64,000 nucleotides of DNA from Leptospira sp. (GTDB lineage Bacteria > Spirochaetota > Leptospiria > Leptospirales > Leptospiraceae), in contig JAWXAQ010000007.1 of the NCBI GenBank assembly GCA_034439575.1, forward strand, positions 32,001 to 96,000, read 5' to 3'. This document shows positions 40,589 through 51,337 of this stretch, in pieces. The notes below the pieces were generated by a model that had not been told where the DNA came from, did not search any database, and saw nothing but the letters and a program-made list of their open reading frames with translations. Every line of letters starts with the position of its first letter. Position 1 is the first letter of the stretch. The position numbers and the translations under genes are program-made.

Positions 40589-41779
40589 TTAGAAGTATAG
40601 ATTTAAGATTCTCGGTTCATTATCCGATTCAGAAACATTTATATTTACAAAGTCACGTAAGTTAAATGTCCGTCCTGACGTTTTAAATCCGAATAAACTT
40701 CCATGCATAAACACTTGCACAGCATCAATGGCACGAGTTGTTTTTATATTTTTTGCTAATCCAAATTTTTCCCAAATTTCATTCTCGCTTAACTGGGATA
40801 AGTCTTCATTTGGCAAAAAGGATTTAATTTTTTCTTGATCTAATTTTTTAAATGAAACGGAAGGAGAGACCAATCCATCTAATGGTTTGCCTTTCAATCT
40901 ATCATACAAAGCAGTATTGAAAACTTCTTGACCAATAAATACTGCCACCTTCCAACCTGGTACTATCCAAGTTCTATCTTGAGTCAATTCTCCAGCTTCA
41001 ATAAATGAAGACTCTTCGTCTGTAATCAAAGTTTTGCGAACCAATGGATCCATGACTTTTCCTTCAGCAGAAAATGGAACAGAAACATTGTACAATTGTC
41101 CTTGTGGATCTACGACAAGCACACCTTTCACTACTTTAGGCGATGGCAAAATAATTGATCCGGCAAGTATCGGCACTTTGTATTCTTTTGCTAATCTAGA
41201 AAAAGTCTCTTGGTAAACCTCTGCCATACGCAATGATTTATAACGAAATGATGCCTCCCATTTCGAATTAGGTTTTTTAGAATTTTCTAAATAAGGGGCG
41301 ATTTCCGTCGCATGTTTAGAAACAAAATTATCTATTAGAGAATTTATATCCCCTTCTTCAAAGATAGATTTTTTTTCATCAACGAACAATAAACCAGTTC
41401 CAATATGTTCCGGGAATATAACGATTGTCTTGCGATCATAGATATTCTTTTCTTTGCCTGATTTTAATAACTCTTCAATCCTTTCAGACCACCATTCTGG
41501 TTTGGCAAAGTCATTCGCTCTCAAATAAACTTGCATACCCACCATATTTCCATACTTTCGATCTGTTCCATTAGTATTTATCGTGATCGAAGACCAAGTA
41601 GGTTCTACTTTTAAAGGTTCGCTCTCTTCTATAGATTCTGTTTCTGTTTTTGCAATTGTAATTTCAAACTTGGGAATCGGGACGTCTTTGCGAAGTAAGG
41701 CTTGCGAAGCAAATCCTGTGATGAATAGAAAAACAATAAAATAGAGAATCTTAATTGGAGGTACGTATAAATTATGCAT
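40589..41779 (-). CDS. Membrane-anchored carbon-nitrogen hydrolase (nitrilase)-fold protein
   Basis: N-terminal [27 protein letters not shown]; the usual IC.D motif reads IGQE. Confidence 0.72.
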   Translation of the reverse strand: MHNLYVPPIKILYFIVFLFITGFASQALLRKDVPIPKFEITIAKTETESIEESEPLKVEPTWSSITINTNGTDRKYGNMVGMQVYLRANDFAKPEWWSERIEELLKSGKEKNIYDRKTIVIFPEHIGTGLLFVDEKKSIFEEGDINSLIDNFVSKHATEIAPYLENSKKPNSKWEASFRYKSLRMAEVYQETFSRLAKEYKVPILAGSIILPSPKVVKGVLVVDPQGQLYNVSVPFSAEGKVMDPLVRKTLITDEESSFIEAGELTQDRTWIVPGWKVAVFIGQEVFNTALYDRLKGKPLDGLVSPSVSFKKLDQEKIKSFLPNEDLSQLSENEIWEKFGLAKNIKTTRAIDAVQVFMHGSLFGFKTSGRTFNLRDFVNINVSESDNEPRILNLYF

Positions 41780-42194
41780 GTTCTTTTAAATATAAGGAAA
41801 TCGTATCTAACATATATTCGGTGAAAAGAGGTGTAGGATTATAATTTTTTATATCAACCCATTCCATATAGTCATGCTCATCTGACATCTGAATTTTTCC
41901 AGAAATCAATTTTGCATGATAAGCAAGAATGATACACGGAACATTCTCTTCGTTTACTCTGTGTTTGTGAATCAAAAATGGTTTCGGGTTTAAGTCTATC
42001 TTAATGTCATTTCCCAATTCTTCAGAAATTTCTCGTTTGATACTTAAAGTCCAGTCCTCAAAAAACTCATGTTCGTCCATCCGTCCACCAGGCAGATCGC
42101 CTAGACCAGATTTTTTATCTCGCATAACAAGAAGTCTATCGCCATCGCGTAAAAAAACTTTTTGGGTGATTTGAAAAAAACCATGTTTACTCAA
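41772..42194 (-). CDS. NUDIX hydrolase
   Basis: [10 protein letters not shown]-x10-REISEELG (Nudix box with a 3-residue insertion); SDEHD..EWV. Confidence 0.9.
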   Translation of the reverse strand: MSKHGFFQITQKVFLRDGDRLLVMRDKKSGLGDLPGGRMDEHEFFEDWTLSIKREISEELGNDIKIDLNPKPFLIHKHRVNEENVPCIILAYHAKLISGKIQMSDEHDYMEWVDIKNYNPTPLFTEYMLDTISLYLKEHA

Positions 42195-44644
42195 ATGGAT
42201 TCACCCCATTGGTTTATTTGATGATCAACTGCGTATAATTTGGGTGAAGGAAGATTGTTATTTTTAAATTGATGAACCATACCTAGTGCTGTGCTTGTTA
42301 ATTGTGATATAATTGGATCCATAGATTCAGTAGGTACCCCAAAAAATAAAAAGTTGATCGGGCTACCGTCACTGAGTAAATAAATAGATTTTTCTATCAT
42401 TTGATCTTGGTATTGAAATTCAAAGTGAATTTTTCCACCTAAATCCATTTGCGTTTGCGGATCCAATATCCTACTAATTTCCAGTTTAACTATGTCGGAA
42501 CCTATCATCGGTTGTGTGGTAGAATTCAATTGGTTCATCCAATCTATAAAATCGCTAAATTCAACTGTTTTGGTCGAACCTGAAACTAAAAATAAATGTG
42601 GTTTTTTACTATTTAAAATCCAATTTTCGAAATTCTTTTGCTTTAATACACTATCGCCTGTTACACCAATGATCAAATCTACATTTAAAAATTCTTCATT
42701 ATCCACATCTGTAAAAGCTTTATAAAGAAATGGTTCATTCGATAAAATTTTTAAATCCACACGAATTAAATCGAGGTTGGATTCATGCAAACGTCCACCA
42801 ATCAAATATTTATCTAAAAATGTTCCGATATTTCCATGAGATCCGAGTAACATAATTTTACGTTTTGAAATTACCTTACCGAGACCATGCAAAGTGTTTT
42901 CGATGGCATTTAAAATCGAATATGCGACCTCTTTAGATTCCTCTTTGGATTTTTCTTTAGAAATCGCTATAGAATAAGCGGTTAGTGCAAGGATATTTGA
43001 TTCACCACTCACTTTAAGTAAACGATCAAATCCATTTCGAGTATGTTCTACTGTTCCGATCACTCGAGATAGTATAAATTCTTTTAATGATAGATTTTGA
43101 AATTCAATAGGACATTCAATCCAGAATTCTTCACAATACTCTAACAAAGATTTGTTTTCTAAACAGCGTTGATTTAATATTGGAGCGATGTATCCTCCAT
43201 CTTCAATGAGCAAAAATTTTTCTGAAGGCGATTTCAAAAAGAATAATTTATTTAAAAATAGGAATGTTGCGAGATAACGCATAGCATCATAAAATCCAAA
43301 TTTTGCTTCTTCCAATTTTTCTTTAAATTTGTTATGTTTCGCAAAGTCACTGTATAATGGCGATACACCATAATAAGCTTTGTTATTTTTTGTTAGCTTA
43401 AATTCGAGTCCAGCCATATAGAATTGTTCAGTGGGAATATCCAACAAAACATCCAAATAAATCGGAGGGATATTTCCTCCGTATTTAACAAAAGCTACAT
43501 CGATACTTTTTGCCTTTAATCTGCGAAATGTTTCAATCAATGAAATAATTTCCGATGTTATGTGGTGAATTAAAAAAATATTTATCCCTTCAAAACTAAA
43601 TTTATGATTATTACTATTAGCAATTTGTTCTAAAAGAATCATTCGTTTCAAATAGAAACTCGAATCGATTTGAGTTCTTCTTTTGTTAAAACTAAAATTT
43701 AATACTCGATCTAGTCTTGATAAATCAATATAAACTTCTGATCTTCCTAATTTAGCGAGAACAGTATTACCGTCTTTGATTACATTCGCAATATCAGTAT
43801 CTTCTAATATTAAAAATAATTTTTTCATTAGCGGGAGTGCATTTTCTATGCTTGAGGCTAACAATATTTGTCGAAATTGATCTTCCCAATAAAAATTAAT
43901 ATTCGTTAAACGACCGAAAGGAGTTTTCTCGATTTGTTCAAAAACTTTATTGAAATGCCTATTTTCTTCTTCAAAAAATGTTTCACCTTTTTGAGCCGCA
44001 CTCAATATACTATTTGCAAGTGACTCACTAATTTTTGATAAACCCGCTATATAGGTTCTGCGACCGATCTCATCTACTCGTTCATGATTAATTTTAAGTA
44101 AATCGAGAGTAGAATCAGTATTTGAATCTATAGTGATTCTTAAAAAAAATTCTCCGCTATGACTAAGACTCGTTACACGCTCGAGAAGTATCTGATAATT
44201 AACTGTCGTTTCTTTATCAATTTCATAAAATGGAAACAACAAACCAACAGATGGGTTAGTTCTTGCATCTTCGCCGTAAAATTCAGGATGTAATTTTCTA
44301 GCTATAGATTGCCTTTGAAACGTTCCCAAAACAATTCTTAAATCATCTTCAAACTGAGATCGATATAAGATCCAATCATTCAATACACCGGCTCTTGCAT
44401 AAACTTGCACATGTTGAATGTGCATATCAGTTAGTTCATGATTGATACTCGGATTTATTTTATATAAAAAGGAAACATCACCCGGAGCAGAATGCAATTG
44501 GTTTCCTATTTCTTCTGCCAATGACCTCGAAAGTATGGAAAGTCCAAAAAAGATTCTGAGACTTGATAAATCAATTTCCCAATTTCCTTCTGAGATTTTA
44601 AGTAAAGGCGGTCCAAGAGATGTTTGAATTTCTAATTGAGACAT
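42191..44644 (-). CDS. 817-aa protein with a C-terminal divergent S-adenosylhomocysteine hydrolase-like domain
   Basis: Motifs in AhcY order: [61 protein letters not shown]...MD. Confidence 0.7.
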   Translation of the reverse strand: MSQLEIQTSLGPPLLKISEGNWEIDLSSLRIFFGLSILSRSLAEEIGNQLHSAPGDVSFLYKINPSINHELTDMHIQHVQVYARAGVLNDWILYRSQFEDDLRIVLGTFQRQSIARKLHPEFYGEDARTNPSVGLLFPFYEIDKETTVNYQILLERVTSLSHSGEFFLRITIDSNTDSTLDLLKINHERVDEIGRRTYIAGLSKISESLANSILSAAQKGETFFEEENRHFNKVFEQIEKTPFGRLTNINFYWEDQFRQILLASSIENALPLMKKLFLILEDTDIANVIKDGNTVLAKLGRSEVYIDLSRLDRVLNFSFNKRRTQIDSSFYLKRMILLEQIANSNNHKFSFEGINIFLIHHITSEIISLIETFRRLKAKSIDVAFVKYGGNIPPIYLDVLLDIPTEQFYMAGLEFKLTKNNKAYYGVSPLYSDFAKHNKFKEKLEEAKFGFYDAMRYLATFLFLNKLFFLKSPSEKFLLIEDGGYIAPILNQRCLENKSLLEYCEEFWIECPIEFQNLSLKEFILSRVIGTVEHTRNGFDRLLKVSGESNILALTAYSIAISKEKSKEESKEVAYSILNAIENTLHGLGKVISKRKIMLLGSHGNIGTFLDKYLIGGRLHESNLDLIRVDLKILSNEPFLYKAFTDVDNEEFLNVDLIIGVTGDSVLKQKNFENWILNSKKPHLFLVSGSTKTVEFSDFIDWMNQLNSTTQPMIGSDIVKLEISRILDPQTQMDLGGKIHFEFQYQDQMIEKSIYLLSDGSPINFLFFGVPTESMDPIISQLTSTALGMVHQFKNNNLPSPKLYAVDHQINQWGESI

Positions 44645-44652
44645 GATTTTAA

Positions 44653-46095
44653 TTAGTCAAAATGTACAACGACTTTGACTGAGTTTGGATCTTTTGCGGT
44701 TTGGTATGCGTCTTGTAAATTTGCGAATTTAAAATTATGGGAAATTATATTTTCTGAAAGTGATTTTACCACATCGTCATTTTCTTTTAGCAATTTCATG
44801 GCATAATGAAAATCACCGCACCGAGAAGAATGAATCGTTTTTCCAGATTTAAAGAAGTCGTAAGTTTGCTTTGCTTCACCTAACCAATGACGGGGATTGT
44901 CCGTGTCGATTAAGATAGCACTGCGCGGTCGAACCATTGAATTTTCATTTCCAGGAATGGGTCGAATGGCTGATCCAATTTCCGAAGGTGTAGAAGCAAT
45001 TACCAAGTCGAACCTTGGAACTTTGTTTTTAAATTCGGAAGAGACTAGTATTTTTTCAGCATCTTCTATCGAACCTGTAAAAACCTTTATACCTTTAGGA
45101 ATCAATTCTTTCCATTTCGCATAACAAGAAGGAAAAATATAAATTGATTGATTTTTGCGAGTTTCTTTTGGCCAAACTAAATTTAAATTTGTAACTGTAG
45201 CTGGTATAAGTGACAATTCATCCACCACAAGTTCCGTTAGATGGCTGATTCCGCCCATAACTTGACCATTTGTAGTCTTCAAATGAACTTCTCGTTTCGC
45301 TAACTCCATAGCTGATAAAAATCCAGAAGGAGTGCTCGTTGTATCATAGACTATATCAAATTTTTCAAGTAACGAAGTTATAGGTGTTTTTCGTAAATCA
45401 ATGGCTTCGTCGGCACCCATTTTTTTTGATAATTCCATTAGATGATCATGGCGAGTGATGGCTGTAATGCGAAAATTTACCTTTGAAGATTGTCTATGTG
45501 CTTTGAGTGCTGATAGTATTAAACTCCCCAATCTACGCGGACCAAGTACTGCGACATTGTCTCCGTTTTTCGGAGGTGAGGCAATGATCGCTTGTAAGGC
45601 GGCCGCAAAGGGTTCCATTAGGACTGCTACTTTTTCTGGTATATCGGTAGTTTCAATGGCTGCGAATTGTGGCGCTAAAATATAAGGACCAAAACCACCG
45701 GGCAAACGATCGATACCAAGAACCTTTCTTTCTGGCGAATGAGTCGGAATGCCTTCTTTACAAAATTCATCTTTAACTTTATCACCGCGAGCTTCAAAGG
45801 TATCATTGATTTCTATGACGAATTGTTTTACTGGAGTCTCACCTATAGATTCAGCCAAAACTTCATGACCAATAATTTGAGGGAGTGGATGAGGTAAAAA
45901 CCTTCGATCAATGTCAGTCGAACACACACCACAGGCTTTGGTTTTAAGAAGTTTATAACCTGGCCCGACTTGCAAATATGGTGATCCATTTCTAAGGATT
46001 TTCCAACCCTCTTCCTGGCTGCCCAAGTATTCATACTCTGACGCTTCAAATTCATCATCTGAAGTATAATCAAGAGCTTTAAATTTAATCTGCAT
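44653..46095 (-). CDS. Atypical zinc-binding MDR alcohol dehydrogenase-like protein
   Basis: CGVCSTD, GHE, EIN, VLGI...GGF, EPFAAA, SRCGDF; longer than a typical MDR. Confidence 0.85.
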   Translation of the reverse strand: MQIKFKALDYTSDDEFEASEYEYLGSQEEGWKILRNGSPYLQVGPGYKLLKTKACGVCSTDIDRRFLPHPLPQIIGHEVLAESIGETPVKQFVIEINDTFEARGDKVKDEFCKEGIPTHSPERKVLGIDRLPGGFGPYILAPQFAAIETTDIPEKVAVLMEPFAAALQAIIASPPKNGDNVAVLGPRRLGSLILSALKAHRQSSKVNFRITAITRHDHLMELSKKMGADEAIDLRKTPITSLLEKFDIVYDTTSTPSGFLSAMELAKREVHLKTTNGQVMGGISHLTELVVDELSLIPATVTNLNLVWPKETRKNQSIYIFPSCYAKWKELIPKGIKVFTGSIEDAEKILVSSEFKNKVPRFDLVIASTPSEIGSAIRPIPGNENSMVRPRSAILIDTDNPRHWLGEAKQTYDFFKSGKTIHSSRCGDFHYAMKLLKENDDVVKSLSENIISHNFKFANLQDAYQTAKDPNSVKVVVHFD

Positions 46096-46755
46096 CTATC
46101 TATTGTTGATAAAAAATAAAAGAATGATCGTCAATGTAAAAAATGTCAGGTTAATTAGAAATCCCTGCTGAATCTCTTTTCTCTCTCTTTTACTTAAAAA
46201 ATATGCTGTGATGAAGACAGAAAAAAATCCTCCGAGATGTGCCCAATGAGCGACTGAATCTTTTGCAAATAAATTTGTGATATCAGAATAAATACTCATC
46301 CATGCAAAAAGAAAAACAGGAAAAGGAATCTGCTGTGTTTTTGTGATCGGAAAACGAAAAGGGGAAAGCAAAGCCGCTACACAGGCCAATCCTGAAATAG
46401 CACCACTTGCACCTACTACGGGCGTTGTATCTCCTAAAAAAAATCCTCGGACGATCCAATCACCAAATACTGATAAAAACCCAGCCATAAAATAAAAAAG
46501 AAGCCACCTAACTTTACCAATTCGATTTTCAACCACACGACCAAGAATCATAAGATAAAAAATATTTGAAAATAAATGAGAGAAAGAAGCATGAAAAAAA
46601 GTACTTAAAATCCAATTGAGAGGTTGGAACTCACCTGGTGTAGCTATAAAGTATTGGTCTATAGCTCTCGGAAAAAAAGTAAGCATAAACGGAAAAAGCA
46701 AAATCATAAATATCGATATGCTAGCAGTTAATGGAAAAGCCCAAATGAATGACAT
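46096..46755 (-). CDS. Rhomboid-family intramembrane serine protease
   Basis: FFH...HL.SN, E..IG, VGASGA, AH.AHLGG. Confidence 0.93.
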   Translation of the reverse strand: MSFIWAFPLTASISIFMILLFPFMLTFFPRAIDQYFIATPGEFQPLNWILSTFFHASFSHLFSNIFYLMILGRVVENRIGKVRWLLFYFMAGFLSVFGDWIVRGFFLGDTTPVVGASGAISGLACVAALLSPFRFPITKTQQIPFPVFLFAWMSIYSDITNLFAKDSVAHWAHLGGFFSVFITAYFLSKRERKEIQQGFLINLTFFTLTIILLFFINNR

Positions 46756-46764
46756 ATTTTATTT

Positions 46765-47616
46765 TTAGTTAGCTGGTGGAGAAGTTTTCGGGGGCTTCAC
46801 TTCTTCTGGAATACGAACATATGCGGGATCATAATTTGGAATCGGATTTGCCAATTCGTGGAGATCGGGTTGTTTCCAAATACCATCATAATAGCTGATT
46901 TCCGAATAAGAGTCAAAATTACTGTCATATAAAAATTTTAAATATTTTTCTTTGTCATTTAAAATAATTCTATTTACTTCTTTAACAAGTCCTTCGAAAG
47001 ATCTAGATTCCCGATTAAATTCGTCAACGGAATCGTGTAACAAACCTAACATTACGATAAATTTTTCGGCCTGTTTTAAAGATTTTAATGCATAAGCAAA
47101 TTCTTGTAATTTCATTAAATACAAATAAGGTCGCGTGTTTTTTCCAATAAGAAACTTTTGTTTGGCGACAGCGATTTCCCTGTATCCTAATCTAAGATAT
47201 AATTTGGTTTCGGTTTTTTCTTTGCCATTTGCCAATTTAGCCAATCTTCCAAGTTCGACTTCTAGATCCGTAATTTCTTCTTCTAATACTAACACAAATA
47301 AATGAATGAGTAAACCTTGTGTCCTTCGGAGCTCAGCATAAGATCTACCTAGATCCATTTGCAAATGTAAAATCTCAGATTCAATATGATGTTGAACACA
47401 TCGTTTGAAATATTGTTTTTGAACAGCAGTTCCTCGGTTTGTAATCGTTGAACTGAGTATTTTTAGAAATTCATAATTATCTTTTAAGCCGTAGCTTACC
47501 CGAATCAGCTGTGTGGCTTTCGAACTTGATTGGTCTGGAATTGTTTCCGTCCAAGCAAATAAGAGTAATAATAATATAGAGCCGATTCTTAGCACTGTGT
47601 CCCTATCTTCGGTCAA
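46765..47616 (-). CDS. Helical exported protein, OmpL37-like family
   Basis: Signal-like hydrophobic stretch; helical protein with YL.LGYR and EL..TQ patterns recalled from leptospiral OmpL37-like proteins; start uncertain. Confidence 0.55.
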   Translation of the reverse strand: MTEDRDTVLRIGSILLLLLFAWTETIPDQSSSKATQLIRVSYGLKDNYEFLKILSSTITNRGTAVQKQYFKRCVQHHIESEILHLQMDLGRSYAELRRTQGLLIHLFVLVLEEEITDLEVELGRLAKLANGKEKTETKLYLRLGYREIAVAKQKFLIGKNTRPYLYLMKLQEFAYALKSLKQAEKFIVMLGLLHDSVDEFNRESRSFEGLVKEVNRIILNDKEKYLKFLYDSNFDSYSEISYYDGIWKQPDLHELANPIPNYDPAYVRIPEEVKPPKTSPPAN

Positions 47617-47690
47617 CTTTGAGATTCATTAACAAGATAAAAAAGAAAAGACAATGTAGTATCCTTTCATAAGATTATGTCTAAAAGTCT

Positions 47691-48302
47691 ATGCCCTCGA
47701 CCATGAATTCTTTACCTTCTTCGCCTTTGGAAGCCATCGAAGTCTTAAAATCTGAGATGGATTCACCCCTATGGGAGACTCGTCTTTTGGATCTGATGAA
47801 ACTGGCGGCGAAAAATGATAAAAATACTTGGGCACTTATTTACCAATTAGTAAGAGAAGCAGACTCTGGAAGATTAAGCTGGGGATATCACAAGATCATA
47901 CTTAGTGGCTTAGTATATCTACTATCCTATGTCGGTGACAGCAAAAGTTATAGAATACTTGTAAATTATGTAAAATCATTGGATCGACCGATTCCTATAG
48001 GAGCCTTGGAATTAATTTCAGATATGTTACCAACCTTTCCCGAATTGGACATGAAAGAAATTTTTGAGATAGCAAAGAACAGTGACGAATTAAAATCTGC
48101 TTTTGGTGTGATGGCTCTCACAAAACTCGCGTTAGAGAGCCGGTTAAGTGAAGAAGAAAAATCTCAAACAAGAGAATTTTTATCTACATATAAAAATCAC
48201 AAATATTACTTACAAGATATTATAGAAACCACACTCGAATTTTTATCAGAAGAAGATCACTCTCCATCTGATTTTTTAAATGATCTAGAAGGAATGTTTT
48301 AG
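47691..48302 (+). CDS. Hypothetical helical-repeat protein
   Basis: 203-aa ORF; stop overlaps the downstream ADH start. Confidence 0.7.
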   Translation: MPSTMNSLPSSPLEAIEVLKSEMDSPLWETRLLDLMKLAAKNDKNTWALIYQLVREADSGRLSWGYHKIILSGLVYLLSYVGDSKSYRILVNYVKSLDRPIPIGALELISDMLPTFPELDMKEIFEIAKNSDELKSAFGVMALTKLALESRLSEEEKSQTREFLSTYKNHKYYLQDIIETTLEFLSEEDHSPSDFLNDLEGMF

Positions 48303-49339
48303 TGAAAGCTGCTGTACTTCATTCAGGGGATCGTGAACTTAAAATTGAAAATGTAGCTATACCGACTCTCCTACCTAAGCATATAAAAGTTAAAGTCAAA
48401 GCTTGTGGTATTTGTGGTTCAGACATCCATCTAATCTTACATGGAAAAATGAAAGCTTCCTATGTACCTTGCATTCCTGGACATGAGACTTCAGGCATAG
48501 TATCCGAATTAGGCGAAGGAGTGACAAAATTTGTCGTCGGTGATAGGGTCGTAGTCAGTGCAGGAACTTCTTGTGGAAAATGCGTTCACTGTTTGGCGGG
48601 AAAAGAAAATTTATGTGATCAAATCGGTGTGCTTGGATTTAACCAACAAGGTGGCTTTGCAGAATATTTAGTTATTGAAGAACGATACTTACACAAATTA
48701 CCAGATTCTATTCCTTTTGAACAAGGTGCTATATTGGCGGATGCCGTTTCTACTCCTTACCATGCAATTAAATACCAAGGGGAATTGAAAGAAGGAGAAA
48801 CGGTTGTTATCATAGGATGTGGTGGCCTTGGAATTCATGCTGTCGCCATTTCTAAAGCCTTAGGTGCAGGTCATATAATCGCTGTGGATATTGACCGTGG
48901 TTCTCTCGACAATGCCTTATCATACGGTGCGAATGATGCGATTCTTCTCGAAAAAAATACCCAACTCGGAAAAGTCTTAAAAGAAAAAACCAAGGGAATT
49001 GATCTCATCGCTGACTTTTCCGGACATATGTCAAATATAGAAAGTAGCATTCGTGCCATGAACCGAGGGGGAAGGATCGTTTTGGTCGGTATCGGTCGGA
49101 GTAAATTAGAAATTCCTATGCCTTTTTTTCTTATAGAAAGGCAGATTCGCATAACAGGATCATATGGTTCAGATAAAAGGGCGATTCCTGAACTGATTGA
49201 TTTATATATTAATAAAAAAATTGATTTAACTAAGTCAATTAGCGGTGTTCACAAATTGGAAGATGCGAACGAATATTTACATGCTTTGGAAGAAAAACGG
49301 GGTAACCCGATCAGATTCATATTGAATCCAGAGCTCTAA
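48302..49339 (+). CDS. Zinc-dependent alcohol dehydrogenase (MDR)
   Basis: CGICGSD, GHE, structural Zn C..C..C.......C, GCGGLG. Confidence 0.94.
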   Translation: MKAAVLHSGDRELKIENVAIPTLLPKHIKVKVKACGICGSDIHLILHGKMKASYVPCIPGHETSGIVSELGEGVTKFVVGDRVVVSAGTSCGKCVHCLAGKENLCDQIGVLGFNQQGGFAEYLVIEERYLHKLPDSIPFEQGAILADAVSTPYHAIKYQGELKEGETVVIIGCGGLGIHAVAISKALGAGHIIAVDIDRGSLDNALSYGANDAILLEKNTQLGKVLKEKTKGIDLIADFSGHMSNIESSIRAMNRGGRIVLVGIGRSKLEIPMPFFLIERQIRITGSYGSDKRAIPELIDLYINKKIDLTKSISGVHKLEDANEYLHALEEKRGNPIRFILNPEL

Positions 49340-51255
49340 TCCAATATTTCAATTAATATATAAGAAACATCATCATCTTGGTGTTCCCAAGATCTGGAAT
49401 AATTTCTGAATTCCTTTTGTATCAATTCATGATACTTTTTGAATTCTTCTTCTTTATGTTCCCATAATAATTGACGAAGTCTTTCTTCACCAAAGGCGCC
49501 TAAGGTGGGATTATTCAAATCAGGAATTCCGTCAGTGAATAAAAACAATCTATCTCCCACTTCCAAACTCAATTTACCTACAGAATATTCTGAATCAGCA
49601 AAAATTCCTAGAGGTCGCCCTTTTGTTTTATATTCTAATAAATAGGGAGACGATTTCCTTATTAAGAAAAAAACAGGATGGCCTGCATTTACATAAGATA
49701 AAACTTTTGATTCCGTATCTATATAAAGATAAGATGCGGTAATAAACATACCCCGATTTTTGCCATATAAATTTCGATTCATGGAATTGAAAACTTTTGC
49801 CGGATACTGTATGTAAGGTGAGGTTGCAGTGAAGGCCATTTTTGACATCGCAGCCACTACGGCTGATGAAATACCATGACCGGCAACATCGCAAATCAAT
49901 ATCCCCCAATTTCCCATACTGTCGTTCACATAATCAAAATAATCGCCACCTATCGAATGCAAGGAGTGATTAAAACTAACAATATTTAAATTTTGATCTC
50001 CTTTTTCTAAATCAGATAATAGGGATTTTTGAAGTTCTTTTGCCAAAATTAAGTCTTTATCTATGGCAACCAATCTCTCTAATTCTTTGTTTTTCGAGAT
50101 TAGAATCTGATTGTACTGATCTAGAGATTTTATAATGTCTAAATAATATTTGAAAACATAATATGAAAACGCACTGACCCCAATCCAAAATCCGATATGA
50201 ATAATTGAAAATTTATAAGGTAGTATTTCCATATCAACAAGGCTATCATGTGAACCTGCAACAACTAACGAAAGTAATCCGAATGATATTAAATTTAATT
50301 TATATTGTTTTCTCCAAATAATATATAGAGCAGAAAATAAAACAAATGTAGCTTCAACAATAACCCACCAGATAAAATCCCATTCAGCACATAAAAACGA
50401 TGCTTCCTTATCGTAATGTTTTATAAAATAAAAAATATATAAAATTATATGTATGCCACTTAAAATGCGAAATACATTTTTAAAAAAAGGAGGAAATACT
50501 TCACCCAAAAATAACATAAGGAGAACGGGACAAATCGTATAATTTAAATATTGGATAGAAGCCATAAGATTGGAATTTGATTGGAAATAGTAACCGAGAA
50601 AACCGTTTGTTCCTTCAATCAAAGAACTACTTAACAATAATAATGCGAAGTATAAATTGATTTTTATCTCAGGTCGTAAAAAATATAGTCCTATAAAAAT
50701 AAAAGATAGGAAAAACAAAACGGGAGTCAGGCATAATCTAAGTAAATTTTGAGAAAGTAACTCCATCAATGCATCATGGTATTCTAATATCTTGATGGAA
50801 TGATCAAGGCCGATATATGCTTGGTATTTCCCTTTACACTTAACATATATATATCCACTGCCTTCTCTTTTTAAAGGAATCAGATGGGGAAAAACATAAT
50901 CTGTTTTTTCAAAGTCATATACGAGCTCGTTTCCATGAAAAACTTTGATTTTCTCCAAAGCGATTTCTATAAACAAAATAGGATTTCTAAAATGGGAAAG
51001 ACTGGAATCAGGAAAACGAATCCACAAATCATGACCCGAAATGGGTAACGTTCCAATCTGATCTGATGGAAAGCTACTCCAAGCAACTGGACTCAATTGA
51101 GCAGGGTCATTGATTTCTTTACTGGATTCTATCCATAAAAATTCTCTAAGATCGGAATAAACAGAATGTGCCTCGGTAATAGGAAAATTATTTTCACTCT
51201 GAAATAGACAATTTTGTAGGCCAAATATGATGGTAAAAGTGAAAATTCTTAGCAA
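49336..51255 (-). CDS. Membrane (7TM-DISM-like) SpoIIE/PP2C phosphatase
   Basis: Extracellular domain, about 7 TM helices, GGDYFD, CDVAGHG, NAGHP, FTDG, DDD. Start uncertain (TTG 51255 chosen; ATG 51339 possible). Confidence 0.88.
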   Translation of the reverse strand: MLRIFTFTIIFGLQNCLFQSENNFPITEAHSVYSDLREFLWIESSKEINDPAQLSPVAWSSFPSDQIGTLPISGHDLWIRFPDSSLSHFRNPILFIEIALEKIKVFHGNELVYDFEKTDYVFPHLIPLKREGSGYIYVKCKGKYQAYIGLDHSIKILEYHDALMELLSQNLLRLCLTPVLFFLSFIFIGLYFLRPEIKINLYFALLLLSSSLIEGTNGFLGYYFQSNSNLMASIQYLNYTICPVLLMLFLGEVFPPFFKNVFRILSGIHIILYIFYFIKHYDKEASFLCAEWDFIWWVIVEATFVLFSALYIIWRKQYKLNLISFGLLSLVVAGSHDSLVDMEILPYKFSIIHIGFWIGVSAFSYYVFKYYLDIIKSLDQYNQILISKNKELERLVAIDKDLILAKELQKSLLSDLEKGDQNLNIVSFNHSLHSIGGDYFDYVNDSMGNWGILICDVAGHGISSAVVAAMSKMAFTATSPYIQYPAKVFNSMNRNLYGKNRGMFITASYLYIDTESKVLSYVNAGHPVFFLIRKSSPYLLEYKTKGRPLGIFADSEYSVGKLSLEVGDRLFLFTDGIPDLNNPTLGAFGEERLRQLLWEHKEEEFKKYHELIQKEFRNYSRSWEHQDDDVSYILIEILD

Positions 51256-51337
51256 ATTGTTTCTGCAAAAGGCAATTGTATTAAGTTTGACTTCTAACAA
51301 ATTTTTAATCCATGATAGCAAAGCAGGATCAATGTAC

